Source of the DNA: Mytilus trossulus
Lineage: Eukaryota
NCBI RefSeq assembly: GCF_036588685.1
Contig: NC_086380.1
Coordinates: forward strand, 13,392,001 to 13,456,000
DNA: 64,000 nt
Reading direction: 5' to 3'
Below the pieces are notes generated by a model, which was not told where the DNA came from, ran no database searches, and saw only the letters and a program-made list of their open reading frames with translations. Numbering within the stretch: position 1 is the first letter of the stretch; every line of letters begins with the position of its first letter. Shown here piece after piece: positions 62,886 through 64,000 of the stretch. The translations under genes and the position numbers were made by a program.

Positions 62886-64000
62886 CACATGGAAAAAAGT
62901 ATTGCAACACCTTGATTTTTTAAAACTTGAAAAGTCAGCCTCTTTTTTGGGATGAAATATAATAAAATATGTGTTTTAAATTATTGAAAAATAGTTTATG
63001 ATAACATTGGCATTAGAACGAACAAAAAATGTTTGAAAAAAAAATGATTAATATAACCACAATTTTAATAACAAAATGAAGTGATTTTTGTACAAAAAAA
63101 TGCATTTTACAAGTTTTACTGTAGTCGAACTTTACAATGCTTGACATTTCAAAATTAATCTTCAGATGACTGTTCACATCATGGTTGATCGTTATACGCC
63201 AAATAATTAGTAATTTGTGCGCAGCCTCCATTCAAACGGATAACCGCATTTTAACGTCTTCTGATTCCTGCCATAAATCGACTAATTTGTTGCTAAGGTA
63301 GCAGCAACCATTTCTGATTAAGGGCATTGTTTATTTCATGAAGTGTTTGAACTGGGGTGTCCTTTTGCACACTTTCCGCCCAATAGTGTCCCATATATGC
63401 TCGATATTGTTATAAGCCGGGCTACGATCGGGCCAAGGAAGATGAACCAAATTCCATTTGAACATTGGATCTTCCTCCACAATGCTAATTTCCAACTTTG
63501 GCGAGCTCTGCACTACATTGGATACGGCAAACTGTGTGTCTGTTCGTTAGCAAAGGTCTCCGAAATGGTCTTATTGCACGGTAACTAGTAGCGATGAGTT
63601 GATCTCGAACAGTTCTTGTGAAAAGGCTCCTGTATGGCCACCACTCTCTTTTTAGGATTGTCTTGTATGCAATGGGTTTCCTTCTGACCAACCTTCATTA
63701 TGCTTGATTTTCTCTAGCAAATGGTATAGGGGGTCTTCATTATCTCGGAAGGTCTCTAACAGCGTGATTGCCTCATTTTTATTCTCAAAACGACTATAGT
63801 GGAATGGTGATGACCAACAACGCGTGCAGTTGTTACAGCGACATCCCTGCTTCTCTTATGCTGATAATCTGCCATCTTGCTGCAGTTAAGAGTTGTCAAG
63901 GACCCATTACAAGGTGTCAATCACATAATTTAAAAAACTTGGTTATTTAAAGTGTTGAAAACAATGAGGATAAAAACATCTGTTTTGCTGTTTACGGGAA
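62886..64000 (-). mobile_element. Degenerate Tc1/mariner transposon, probably running off the window
   Basis: TA followed by the TIR-like CACATGGAAAAAAGTATTGCAACACC. Minus-strand LPWPDRSPAYNNIEHIWD resembles the Tc1 WPxxSPDLNPIEHxW motif. Confidence 0.85.

Noticed and set aside
63343-63950. Plus-strand ORFs 63343-63588 and 63768-63950
   Set aside because: Antisense to the decayed Tc1 transposase.

Overview
AT-rich, repeat-dense, gene-poor eukaryotic DNA. The dispersed repeats resemble those of bivalve molluscs, probably Mytilus (inference from recalled repeat sequences, not a search). No rRNA, tRNA, CRISPR array or confidently identifiable host gene was found. Supported content: two satellites (28-bp and 26-bp units), a 5'-truncated L2/CR1-type LINE, Penelope-like RT relics, a decayed Tc1/mariner, several MITEs and SINE-like families, long palindromes, and four diverged tandem copies of a ~2.5-kb unit (34.5-47.4 kb). 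Most notable: (1) a dispersed family carrying minimal type I hammerhead ribozymes on the minus strand; (2) a young 2.6-kb composite element of two near-identical 454-bp GGG..CCC units around exon-like cargo, with one shared AACT target duplication and an empty site in a paralogous copy; (3) a 2.9-kb Sola-like foldback element holding oppositely oriented Penelope RT fragments; (4) an apparently circularly permuted palindromic element; (5) a candidate spliced 173-aa orphan gene on the minus strand. Coordinates were read by eye, and boundaries of degenerate repeats are approximate.
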